A DNA stretch of 64,000 bases. Origin: an uncultured Acidobacteriota bacterium (GTDB taxonomy: Bacteria > Acidobacteriota > Thermoanaerobaculia > UBA5066 > DATFVB01). Below the pieces are notes generated by a model, which saw only the letters and a program-made list of their open reading frames with translations, was not told the DNA's origin and did no database searches. The DNA is taken from positions 224,001-288,000 of the forward strand of contig CAWEYG010000003.1 of assembly GCA_963813155.1 (NCBI GenBank). The letters run 5' to 3'. Of the stretch, positions 31,256 through 45,668 are shown in pieces. The position numbers and the translations under genes were made by a program. Each line of letters begins with the position of its first letter. The stretch's first letter is position 1.

Positions 31256-32590
31256 CCACCCCGGCCCGAAAGTTTCACGTCGAGACGTGGGGATGCCAGA
31301 TGAACGTCCTCGACAGCCAGCGGATGGCCGGGCTTCTCGAGGCCCGGGGATATCAGGCCGCCGAGGATCTTCACGACTGCGACGTCCTCCTCCTCAACAC
31401 GTGCGACGTGCGGGAGAAGGCCGAATGGAAGGTCTACTCGGAGCTCGGACGCCTGGGGGACTGGAAACGCGAGCGCCCCGGCCGGGTCATCGGGGTGACC
31501 GGTTGTGTCGCGCAGCGCGTCGGCGAGCGAATGCTCGAACGCCTTCCGCTCGTCGATTTCGTGCTTGGCCCGGGAAATGTCGACAAGCTTCCGGATGCGG
31601 TCGAGGCGGCGGGGGAGGGCAACCGGACCATGCTCCTCGAGCTGCCGTCCGACTCGCCCTCGTATCCGTTCGAGACGATCTCGCGAGCTCCGGGCTCGCA
31701 GGCCTACATCACCGTCATCGAGGGGTGTGATCAGTTCTGCACGTTCTGCGTCGTTCCTTTCACGCGAGGGCGGGAGCGCAGCCGGCGGGCCGGCGAGATC
31801 GAGCTCGAGGCTGCCGATCTCGCGTCCAGGGGATACGGGGAGATCACGCTTCTCGGGCAGACCGTCAACGCCTACGCGTGCCCGGAAACCGGACTCTCCC
31901 TCGCCGGTCTCCTGGAACGGCTCGCGCGAATCGACCGGCTCCGGAGCATCCGATTCCTCACGTCGCATCCCTCGTTCGTCACGCCGGAGTTCGCCGAGTT
32001 GCTCGGAAAGGAGCCCCGCATCGGCCGATACTTCCACCTCCCCGTGCAATCCGGTTCGGATCGGATCCTGAGCCGGATGAAGAGGCGCTACACGGCGAAG
32101 CGGTACCTCGAGATCGTGGACCAGGTGCGCGGCAAGGCGCCGGACGTCGCGTTCTCTTCGGATTTCATCGTCGGCTTCCCGGGGGAGACCGAAGACGATT
32201 TCCAGGACACGTTGAAGCTCATCGAAACCGTCCGGTTTGCGAGCCTGTTCGCGTTCGTCTACTCCCCGCGGCCGGGGACGGCAGCCGCACGCTGGGGCAC
32301 CGAGTCGGAAATTCCCCGGGACGTCGCCAGCGAACGTCTGGCCCGGCTCCTCGACCTGCAGCGCGGACTTCAGCGGCAGCAGAATCGGGGCCTCGAAGGC
32401 TCCGTGCTGAAGGTCCTTGTCGAAGGCGAGGGCCGAGGAGGGCTTTGGAAGGGCCGAAGCTCCTGCAACCGCATCGTCCACTTCCCCCGTCCCTCTTCGT
32501 TCGCGCTCACGGCGGGCGACTTCGTCGACGTGAGGGTCGAGGAGGGACTGGAGAACTCCCTCGAAGGGTTCCCTCGCCGCCGCTGTCTGA
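31252..32590 (+). CDS. miaB: tRNA-2-methylthio-N6-dimethylallyladenosine synthase (late +1 indel reads it through into the next gene)
   Basis: TWGCQMN, NTC.VRE.AE, GCDQFCTFCVVP, DFIVGFPGET, YSPRPGT, TRAM domain. Confidence 0.93.
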
Positions 32591-32613
32591 TCGCCCCAAG
32601 GAAGGAGACCGAC

Positions 32614-33093
32614 ATGAAGAAAATGGAGATCAAGGGGCTCTTGCTCGATCCGATCTCCAACACGCCCGTCGTCGTCCTGAAAGACCCGGAGGAGAAGTTC
32701 TTCCTTCCGATCTGGATCGGCGTCTTCGAGGCCAACGCGATCGCCCTCAAGATCGAGAATGTCGAGACCGCGCGGCCGCTGACCCACGACCTGGTCTTCC
32801 ACCTCCTCGAGGACCTGCAGACCCGCATCGAAAAGATCGTCATCAACGACCTTCGCGACAATACGTTCTACGCGAAGATCTTTCTGTTGCATCGGGGCGA
32901 GGCCGTCGAGGTGGACAGCCGCCCCTCCGACGCGCTCGCGCTCGCGCTCCGATTCGACGCGGGAATCTTCGTGGAAGAAGAGGTTCTCGAGAAGAGCCGG
33001 AAGATCGAAGTCGAGGACCCGCGCAACCCCGAAAGGCTCAAGAAGTGGCTGGAAGAGATGGATCCCGAGGAGCTCGGCAAGTACAAGATGTGA
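32614..33093 (+). CDS. Bifunctional nuclease family protein (DUF151)
   Basis: Own SD AAGGAG; LPIWIG.FEA.AI, RPLTHDL, DSRPSDALALA. Confidence 0.9.
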   Translation: MKKMEIKGLLLDPISNTPVVVLKDPEEKFFLPIWIGVFEANAIALKIENVETARPLTHDLVFHLLEDLQTRIEKIVINDLRDNTFYAKIFLLHRGEAVEVDSRPSDALALALRFDAGIFVEEEVLEKSRKIEVEDPRNPERLKKWLEEMDPEELGKYKM

Positions 33094-33099
33094 CTCTCG

Positions 33100-33128
33100 T
33101 TGACAGCGGGGGAGGGCGAGTCTATAGT
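33100..33128 (+). promoter_or_regulatory. Sigma70 promoter for parA-parB
   Basis: TTGACA (33100-33105), 17 nt spacer, TATAGT (33123-33128). Confidence 0.8.
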
Positions 33129-33142
33129 CCCGCACGGCCCTC

Positions 33143-33891
<749 letters not shown>

Positions 33892-33899
<8 letters not shown>

Positions 33900-34737
33900 G
33901 CGTGGGTTGCCCAACCAGTCGAAAATGCGCCACGACGCGCACTTCGTCGACGCTCTCTCGGAGAGCTTCAGCGGAGCGATCGGAAAGCATGTTCCGGTCA
34001 GCGCGATCGAAACGAATCCGGGCCAGCCGCGCCAGAACGTCGGCGACCTGACCGAACTGAAGGCTTCGATCGAGAGCAAGGGGATACTCGAGCCGATCCT
34101 CGTTCGTCCGATCGCTTCCGGCAAGTACCAGATCATTTCGGGGGAGCGGCGGTTCCGCGCCGCGATCGAGGCCGGGCTCACCGAGGTGCCGTGCATCGAA
34201 TTCGACGTCGAGGAAAACGAAGTTCTCGAAATCGCGATGATCGAGAACCTGCACCGCAAGGACCTGACGCCGTTCGAGGAGGCGGAAGGCTTTCACTCCC
34301 TGATCGAGCGATTCGAGTACACGCACCAGCGCGTGGCCGAAACGGTCGGCAGATCGCGCGTCGGAATCACGGAGTCGCTGTCGCTCCTGCGAATCCCGGA
34401 GGACCTTCGGGACGAATGTCGGCGCGCCGACATCGCGAAGAGCGCCCTTCTGGAGATCGCCCGCGCGTCCTCCCGGGAGAAGATGGAGGAGTTGATCCTG
34501 GCTCTCCGCTCCGGCGCCACGCGCGACACTCTGCGGCAGAAGAAGGAAGAATCCTCGGCGGAAGAAAAGAAACAGCGGCCCCGGCCGTTTCAGTTCCGGT
34601 ACGCGCCGAAGAATTCTCCCTTTCGCCTGAACCTCGCTTTCAACAAGAGCAGGATCGCGAAGGAAGAGGTCGTGGAGGCGCTCGAGAAGATTCTCGCCGA
34701 ATTGAAGTCGGGGATCCTGGATCTGAAGAAACGATAG
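33892..34737 (+). CDS. parB: ParB/Spo0J family CTPase with HTH (divergent paralog)
   Basis: [48 protein letters not shown]. Confidence 0.88.
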
Positions 34738-34792
34738 GCAGGGCGGAAGCCATGGGATCTCGGCCGAGCATGACTAGGTCGCCTATTTCATA

Positions 34793-34820
34793 ATTTAACA
34801 TAATATACATTATCAGACAT
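34793..34820 (-). other. dif: dif site (XerC/XerD chromosome dimer resolution)
   Basis: Minus strand ATGTCTGATAA-TGTATA-TTATGTTAAAT; the XerD arm and 6-bp core match E. coli dif; AT-rich island in an intergenic region. Confidence 0.93.
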
Positions 34821-34890
34821 TGAATACGGAGCCCAGCGGGATCGCTATTTCCTCCTCGGGACACTAGACTCGCCTCCGAGGAACAAACCC

Positions 34891-37191
34891 TTGCGCCTGA
34901 TCTCGAAAAACGTCCTCCGCGAGATCGTTCCTCCCACGCTCCTCGGCCTCGCGGCCTACACCTTCCTGCTGCTGCTCCGGTCGCTGCTTCAGCTTTCCGA
35001 GCTTCTCGTCCGCCGGGGGCTTCCCATCGGGACGATCCTGCAGCTGCTTCTTCTCACGATGCCGCAGATCCTCGTCCTGACGATTCCCATGGCTTTCCTC
35101 TTCGGGATCCTGATAGGGGTCGGAAGGCTATCGGGCGATTCCGAGGTGATCGCGCTTCGGGCTTCCGGAGTTTCCCGCTGGGCCCTGTTTCGCCCGATCG
35201 CCGCCGTTTCCCTCGGCCTCGCCGCCTTCGTCTCCTTTCTCAGCGTCTGGGGATACCCTGCGGCCAACGACCGGCTCGACAAGCTGCAGAACAAGCTCTT
35301 CGCTTCCGCGGCCCTCGACATGGTGAGGCCCCGGGTCTTCGCCGCGCCCCGAACGGACTGGGACTGGGTCCTCTTCGCCGACCGGGATGCTCCGGGTGGC
35401 GCCGGCTGGCGGGGCGTTTTTCTTGACGACCGTTCCGACCCCGCCCAGGAACGCGTCATCCTCGCCCGCGAGGGACGCTTCCGAATCGAGGGCGATCGTC
35501 TCTGGCTCGACCTCAAGGACGCCGTCCAGCACCTGACCCGGCGCGACGACCCGCGCGGCTACAGCCAGAGCCGGAACGAGCTGCTGAGCATGCTCATCCA
35601 CGAGGTGCCGCAAGAGAGCGCCGCGATCACGTCGGAAAAGGGGCTGCGTCTGCAAACGCTGCCGGAGCTCGTTCGCACGGCGAAGCGTGAGCGCACCCTG
35701 TTTCCGGCGCGCTACCGGCTCGCCCGGGTGGAGATCCACAAGAAGTTCGCGATTCCGGTCGCGTGCATCGTCTTCGCGCTCGTCGGGGTCCCTCTCGGCA
35801 TCACGAATCGGCGAGGCGGAAAAGGGAGCGGGTTCGCCCTTTCGATCGGCATCATCCTCGGCTATTACCTGCTCTTCAACACGGGCGAAAACTGGGCCGA
35901 AGACGGACGCATCTCCCCCGCTCTTTCGATGTGGCTGCCGAACCTTCTTCTCGCGGTCGTGGGCCTCGCGCTCTTCTTCCGGAAGGAACAGGAAAAGCGG
36001 GGCCTTCGCGAGCGCCTGGCCGCGTGGTTCAAGGGTTGGTCGAAAAGCGGGCGCGCCCCGGCGCGCGTCGAATCGCGACCCGCCGCCCTGTCCGGCCTCG
36101 GCCGATTTCCCACGCGGCTCGACCGGTACGTCCTGGCGCCGTTTCTCGCCGCCCTCGCCGCGATCTACGCGACGGTCGCCTTCCTGTACGTGATCGTCGA
36201 CTACTCGGACCACGCGGACGACATTCTGAAGAGGCACATCCCCGCCACGGTCGTCAACTCGTACTACCGGGCGCTGCTGCTTCCGATCGCGGTCCAGATC
36301 CTGCCGTTCTGCGTTCTCCTCGCGGCGCTCGTCGCGCTCGGCTCGCTCTCCCGGCACAACGAGGACACGGCATTCCGGGCGAGCGGTGTTCCTCTCCTTC
36401 GGCTTGGCGTTCCGATCCTCTTTTTCGCGATCGCCGCCGGGGGCGCGGAGTACGTGTGCGGCGAGTACTTCCTGCCGTCCGCGAACCAGCGAATGCACCG
36501 GGAGCTCGACCGCATCAAGGGGCGCGCGGAGCGCCCGCCCGCGGCCCAGACCGGTGGGGTCTGGGTTCTCGGGGGCGACGGCTACCGGATCTGGAACTTC
36601 GACGGTTACGACCCCGCCGTAAGGCGGCTCTGGCACCCGTCCGTGTTCGAATTCGACCGCGACTACCGGATGACCCGGCGGGTGAGCGGACGGTCGGCGC
36701 GGTGGAGCGGATCCGGCTGGGTGTTCGAGTCGGGATGGGTGCGCACGTTCCGGGGACCGGTCGAGAGCCTTTTCCAGGAGTTCGGGGAGTCCGCCCTCGT
36801 CGCGGGCGACCCGCCCCGGCTCTTCTCGTCCCTGCGGCAGCGGCCGGACGAGATGCGGTATCGCGCCCTGGCCCGGTACGTCTCGCGCCTGGAAAAGACC
36901 GGCTACCCCGTCGCCACGCTGGCGACCGCGCTTGCGGGAAAACCGGCATCCGCGGCCCAGACGATCGTCCTCGCGCTCCTCGCGATTCCTTTCGCTTTCA
37001 CGATCGGAAAACGCGGCGCGCTCACCGGTGTCGGGCTGGGGCTCGCCTGCGGAATGCTCTTTCTCGTCCTCGCGGCGTTCTTCACGAAGCTCGGAGAAGT
37101 CGGGTCGCTGCCGCCCGCGCTGGCGGCCTGGTCCCCGGACCTGATCTTTTCGCTGTTCGCCGGCTACCGGCTCACGCGGCTGCGCACTTAG
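34891..37191 (+). CDS. Fused LptF/LptG LPS export permease
   Basis: Two tandem YjgP/YjgQ units (LSGDSEVIALRASGV ... LSRHNEDTAFRASGV), each ending MWLPN / AWSPD. Confidence 0.88.
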   Translation: MRLISKNVLREIVPPTLLGLAAYTFLLLLRSLLQLSELLVRRGLPIGTILQLLLLTMPQILVLTIPMAFLFGILIGVGRLSGDSEVIALRASGVSRWALFRPIAAVSLGLAAFVSFLSVWGYPAANDRLDKLQNKLFASAALDMVRPRVFAAPRTDWDWVLFADRDAPGGAGWRGVFLDDRSDPAQERVILAREGRFRIEGDRLWLDLKDAVQHLTRRDDPRGYSQSRNELLSMLIHEVPQESAAITSEKGLRLQTLPELVRTAKRERTLFPARYRLARVEIHKKFAIPVACIVFALVGVPLGITNRRGGKGSGFALSIGIILGYYLLFNTGENWAEDGRISPALSMWLPNLLLAVVGLALFFRKEQEKRGLRERLAAWFKGWSKSGRAPARVESRPAALSGLGRFPTRLDRYVLAPFLAALAAIYATVAFLYVIVDYSDHADDILKRHIPATVVNSYYRALLLPIAVQILPFCVLLAALVALGSLSRHNEDTAFRASGVPLLRLGVPILFFAIAAGGAEYVCGEYFLPSANQRMHRELDRIKGRAERPPAAQTGGVWVLGGDGYRIWNFDGYDPAVRRLWHPSVFEFDRDYRMTRRVSGRSARWSGSGWVFESGWVRTFRGPVESLFQEFGESALVAGDPPRLFSSLRQRPDEMRYRALARYVSRLEKTGYPVATLATALAGKPASAAQTIVLALLAIPFAFTIGKRGALTGVGLGLACGMLFLVLAAFFTKLGEVGSLPPALAAWSPDLIFSLFAGYRLTRLRT

Positions 37192-37201
37192 AAAAGCGGA
37201 T

Positions 37202-41556
<4,355 letters not shown>

Positions 41557-41577
41557 GTCGGAGAGATTATACGAAGA

Positions 41578-41868
41578 TCAGTCCAGGTCGATATCGCGCA
41601 CGGGTTTCGAGGTGTCGGCCTGCGCCTTCTTGAAGAGCTCGTCGAACTTTCTGTCCAGGACTTCCTTTTTGCTCTTCTCCGACTCCATGGCGACCTTGAA
41701 TTTCGCGTCCCTCTCCTGGTCGTGGGTCTTGAGATGCCCCATGGCTGCCTCGAGGTTTTCGAACGTCTTCGGGTCGGCCGGTTTCGTCGAATCGATGACC
41801 GCCTTCAGCTCGGTGTCGATCTTCAGGCGCGACTGGCACTGCGGACAGAGGGTCTCGAATTCCGCCAC
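41578..41868 (-). CDS. Small conserved hypothetical protein with N-terminal CPxC and coiled coil
   Basis: CPQCQSRLKID...LDRKFDELFKKA...RDIDLD; GTG start 7 nt after TAGAAT. Confidence 0.75.
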   Translation of the reverse strand: MAEFETLCPQCQSRLKIDTELKAVIDSTKPADPKTFENLEAAMGHLKTHDQERDAKFKVAMESEKSKKEVLDRKFDELFKKAQADTSKPVRDIDLD

Positions 41869-41899
41869 GGGACCCATTCTACTCCCCGGACGACGGCCG

Positions 41900-42289
41900 C
41901 TACCGCTTTCCCTTGAGCCTGCGCAGCGATCGCCGCTCCCGCGAATCTGGACGGCCCGAATGCACCGGACGCGAGAGCCGTTCGAAGCGCCGGGCCTCGA
42001 CCTCTTCGGGAGAGGGCGCGGGGGTGAGGTCCTCGTAGAGAGTCCGGGCTTTCGCCCTCGGAAGGGAGGACTCGCACGTCGCGACGACCCGAAGGATCCG
42101 CCGCCGGCCCGCCTCGAGAGTGACCGTCAGCAGATCGCCCGGCCGAACGAGCTTGTGCGGCTTGCCGCGGGTTCCGCCGACGTCGACTTTGCCGCCGTCG
42201 CACGCCTTCGCGGCGGCCGAGCGTGTCTTGAAGACGCAGGCAACGTCCAGCCACGTGTCGAGACGTTGCGGTTCTTTTCCCGGCTCCAA
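41900..42289 (-). CDS. hslR: S4-domain heat shock protein Hsp15
   Basis: RLDTWL..ACVFKTRS.A...GGKV; ARTLYED; GRPDSRERR. Confidence 0.85.
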   Translation of the reverse strand: MEPGKEPQRLDTWLDVACVFKTRSAAAKACDGGKVDVGGTRGKPHKLVRPGDLLTVTLEAGRRRILRVVATCESSLPRAKARTLYEDLTPAPSPEEVEARRFERLSRPVHSGRPDSRERRSLRRLKGKR

Positions 42290-42315
42290 AGCGGCTCGAT
42301 CATAGAATAAGCGCC

Positions 42316-43767
42316 GTGAATGTTCGCATCCCCCCGCTCCGGTTTCGCACGAAGCTCGCGCTCGCGATGCTCCTCCTCTTCGTCCTGACCCTGGCGGTCC
42401 TGTTCGCCGTCGACACCTTCAACGAGCGGCGCTCGATCGAAGAGTTCGAGAACACCATGGACGCGGTGACGAAGGCGATCGAAGTCGCCTCCGACCAGGC
42501 GCAGATCTCGACGACGGGAGAGATCGATACCGAAGTTCTGCAGGACTACGCGGAGAAGCTCCGCCTCCGGGGAGTTCGGGAGATTCAGATCCTCAACCCC
42601 GAACGCACGGTGATCGCGAGCTCGCGCGGCGCCGACAAGCGACCCCGGGCCCGGCGCAAACCCGAGGACATCTCCATCAAGGGAACGATCGGCGCGGAAT
42701 CCGAGTCGAGCGCTCCGAAGCGCGAGTACAAGCTGATCATGCCGATCATTTCGCAGAACCAGAAGGTCGGCTACGTCACGGTCGACCTTCTCCTCGACGA
42801 CTACGAGTTGATCATCAAGCAGAATTTCGAGCGCCGCGCGATCGCCGTTTCGGTCATGTTCGGGGTCGGAATCATTTTCCTGCTCCTCCTGACGCGCAAT
42901 TTCACGCAGCCGATCGGGCAGCTCTCGGGAGCGGCCGAACGGGTCGCGGGCGGGAACCTCGACGCCGAGATCGTCTCGACGCGCAACGACGATCTCGGCG
43001 CGCTCGTCGCCACCTGGAACGAAATGGTCGCGCGTCTCAAGGAACAGCGCGCGCTGGAATCGCGCCTCGCGGCCGCCGAGCGCCGCGCGTCGCTCGGCCA
43101 TCTCGCCTCGGGAATCGCGCACGAGATTCGAAACCCGCTCAACACGATCGCCCTCGCGGTCGATTACCTTCGGCGCCGTTTTCTTCCCTCCGAGCCGGAA
43201 GACCGCCGGGAGTTCGAAGAGACGGCCGAGAGCCTCCGCGAGGAAATCGCCCGGCTCAACTCCCTGATCTCGAACTTCCTCACGTACGGAAAGCCGATGC
43301 GGCTGAACCCCGCGGCCTTCGAGGTCGCGGACCTCGCTCGGTCGGTCGGGAAGGAGCTTCAGCACGAGGCGGACCGGCGCGAAATCCGGATCGAGGTGAC
43401 CGGCGAAGGGGCGGAGATCACGGCGGATCGGGACCTTCTGAAAGCCGCGTTCCTGAACGTGGCGCTGAATGCCGTCCAGATGATGCCGGCGGGCGGAATC
43501 CTGCGGATCGAGGTTCTGGGCAAGGGCGAGGAGGTCCGCGTTCGATTCGACGACACGGGCCCCGGCATCGACGCCGCCCACCTCGCGAAGATCTTCGAGC
43601 CCTACTTCTCGACTCGAGACGCCGGAGTCGGACTCGGCCTCGCGATGACGAGAAAGATCGTGAACGATCACGGCGGCGATCTCACCGCCTCGAACCTCCC
43701 GACCGGGGGAAGCCGCTTCGAGTTCGTGCTCCCCCGCACGAACTCGGTCCAGGCCGTGTCCGCGTGA
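42316..43767 (+). CDS. HAMP-domain sensor histidine kinase
   Basis: Two TM segments, HAMP, H-box AHEIRNPL, DTGPGI, GVGLGL. Confidence 0.93.
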   Translation: MNVRIPPLRFRTKLALAMLLLFVLTLAVLFAVDTFNERRSIEEFENTMDAVTKAIEVASDQAQISTTGEIDTEVLQDYAEKLRLRGVREIQILNPERTVIASSRGADKRPRARRKPEDISIKGTIGAESESSAPKREYKLIMPIISQNQKVGYVTVDLLLDDYELIIKQNFERRAIAVSVMFGVGIIFLLLLTRNFTQPIGQLSGAAERVAGGNLDAEIVSTRNDDLGALVATWNEMVARLKEQRALESRLAAAERRASLGHLASGIAHEIRNPLNTIALAVDYLRRRFLPSEPEDRREFEETAESLREEIARLNSLISNFLTYGKPMRLNPAAFEVADLARSVGKELQHEADRREIRIEVTGEGAEITADRDLLKAAFLNVALNAVQMMPAGGILRIEVLGKGEEVRVRFDDTGPGIDAAHLAKIFEPYFSTRDAGVGLGLAMTRKIVNDHGGDLTASNLPTGGSRFEFVLPRTNSVQAVSA

Positions 43768-45144
43768 AGACCGGGAAAGGGACCATTCTCCTGGTCGAGG
43801 ACGAGAAATCGGCGCTCGACCTCCTTCGAAAGATCCTGGACGCAGAGGGATTCACGGTCATCACCGCGGAGAACGGGCGCGTCGCCCTCGACCGGCTCGA
43901 GGAAACGATCGTCGACGTCGTCGTCGACGGACCTCCTGATGCCGGTCATGACGGGGACCGACCTCATCGCCCATCTTCAAACGCTCTCGGACCCGCCCCC
44001 CGTCATCGTCGTGACCGCCCACGGTTCCAAGGAGGCGGGACGGGAGCTCGTGAACCGCATGGGGGCTTTCGACTATCTCTCCAAGCCCTTTCAACCGGAC
44101 GATCTCATCCTCAAGATCGAGCGCGCGGTCGAAATGCGCGCCATGCGCGAGGCCAACCGCGTCCTTTCGGGACAGCTCAAGGGGCATGTCTCGCTCGACT
44201 CCCTCGTCGGGGAGTCGGAGGCGATGCAAAACGTCTTCAAGCTCGTGCTGAAGATCGCGCGTTCGTCGACCACGGTCCTGATTCGCGGCGAGTCGGGCAC
44301 CGGCAAAGAGCTGATCGCGCGGGCGATTCACCATCGGAGCCGCCGCGCGGGAAGCAACTTTTTCGACATCAACTGCGCCGCCATTCCCGAGACGCTCCTG
44401 GAGTCCGAGCTCTTCGGCTACGAGCGGGGCGCCTTCACGGGCGCCGACCGGCGGAAGATCGGGCTCTTCGAGGCCGCCTCGGGATCCACGCTGTTCCTCG
44501 ACGAGATCGGGGACCTCTCGCTGCCGCTGCAGGGAAAGATCCTGCGCGCCCTGCAGGAAAAGGAGATCCGGCGGCTCGGCGGCAACGAATCGATTCCCGT
44601 GGACGTCCGCGTTCTCGCGGCGACGAATCGCGACCTCGAGGAGATGATGAAGGCGGGGACCTTCCGCGAGGACCTGTATTACCGGCTGAACATCCTTCCG
44701 ATCGTCCTGCCTCCCCTGCGCGAGCGCCGGGAGGAGATTCCGATCATCGCGGAGCGCTTCGTCAAGCGTGTTGCAGCGGAGCACGGCAAGCCGATCACGG
44801 AAATCGACCCGGAGGCCCTGCGCGTTCTCCTGCGGTACGACTGGCCGGGCAACGTACGGGAGCTCGAATCGATCCTCGAGCGGGCGGTGCTGCTCACCGA
44901 GAACGAATCGATCGAGCCCGAGGATCTTCCGGCCCAATTGGTCCAGGCGCGCTCGCCCGCCGAGGTGATCGGCGTCGAGATTCCGCCGGAGGGGATCGAC
45001 ATCGAACAGGTGGAGCGATCCCTGTTGCTGCAGGCCATGCAGAAGTCCGACTGGGTCATCGCGCGGGCCGCAAAGCTCCTTCGCCTGACCTATCGCACCA
45101 TGCAGTATCGGCTCGAGAAGTTCGGGATCAAGAAGCCGGAATGA
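43764..45144 (+). CDS. Sigma54-dependent response regulator (NtrC-like; frameshift near 43926)
   Basis: Receiver domain, GESGTGKE, GAFTGA, FLDEIG, WPGNVREL, Fis-type HTH. Confidence 0.93.
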
Positions 45145-45176
45145 CCGATATGGGCCACCCGGTATCCCAAATGGGA
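45145..45176. promoter_or_regulatory. Putative bEBP enhancer (tandem dyads)
   Basis: CCGATATGGG (45145) and CCCAAATGGG (45166), 21 bp apart. Confidence 0.5.
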
Positions 45177-45217
45177 GATCCGCGGAGCGAAAACCCCCGT
45201 TTTCGGCGCGTTCGCGC

Positions 45218-45233
45218 TGGCACTCCGTTCGCA
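45218..45233 (+). promoter_or_regulatory. Sigma54 -24/-12 promoter
   Basis: TGGCACTCCGTTCGCA with the required GG-N10-GC spacing. Confidence 0.7.
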
Positions 45234-45245
45234 CGAGGGCGTTGC

Positions 45246-45668
45246 ATGGGAGTGTTACGCCCGGCCGGTCCCCTTCTCGCCGCGATCGTCGTCGGCGCGA
45301 GCGCGGCCGGATTCGCCCCCGGAGCCGCTCCCCCGACGTCGACGACCGCTCCGGCTCCCACCTCTTCGACGGCATCCCCGGCCCCGCGGCGGCCCCGGAT
45401 CCACAGCTTCGTGGGCGAGGTCGTCGAGGTTCAGGCGGATCAGAAACTGGTCGTTCGCGAGACTCTTCGCGACGGATCGCCGAAGACCACGACCTTCTCG
45501 ACGACCGCGAAGACGGCCATCATCCGGGGAACTGACGCCGCGACGATCGCCGACGTTCATGCGAACGACCACGTGACGATCAAATACCGGGAAGACCCCG
45601 CGAAGAACAAGGAAGCCGTGTCGATCCGGATCACCCCGTCCGCGGCACCGAAACAACCGTCTAAGTAA
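45246..45668 (+). CDS. Secreted small beta/OB-fold-like protein
   Basis: Signal peptide, Pro/Thr-rich linker, then GEVVEV...TAII..G...DVHANDHVTIKY...AVSIRI. Confidence 0.7.
   Translation: MGVLRPAGPLLAAIVVGASAAGFAPGAAPPTSTTAPAPTSSTASPAPRRPRIHSFVGEVVEVQADQKLVVRETLRDGSPKTTTFSTTAKTAIIRGTDAATIADVHANDHVTIKYREDPAKNKEAVSIRITPSAAPKQPSK

Noticed and set aside
31271-31286. parS-like GTTTCACGTCGAGAC at the start of miaB (also CTTTCACGTAAAG near 20535)
   Set aside because: Only half matches the parS palindrome, and both are explained by the protein coding sequence.
31252-33093. MiaB-DUF151 fusion (613 aa ORF)
   Set aside because: DUF151 has its own SD and ATG at 32614. Removing one base near 32567 ends MiaB naturally (LEGSLAAAV, stop 32588-32590), which fits an indel error.
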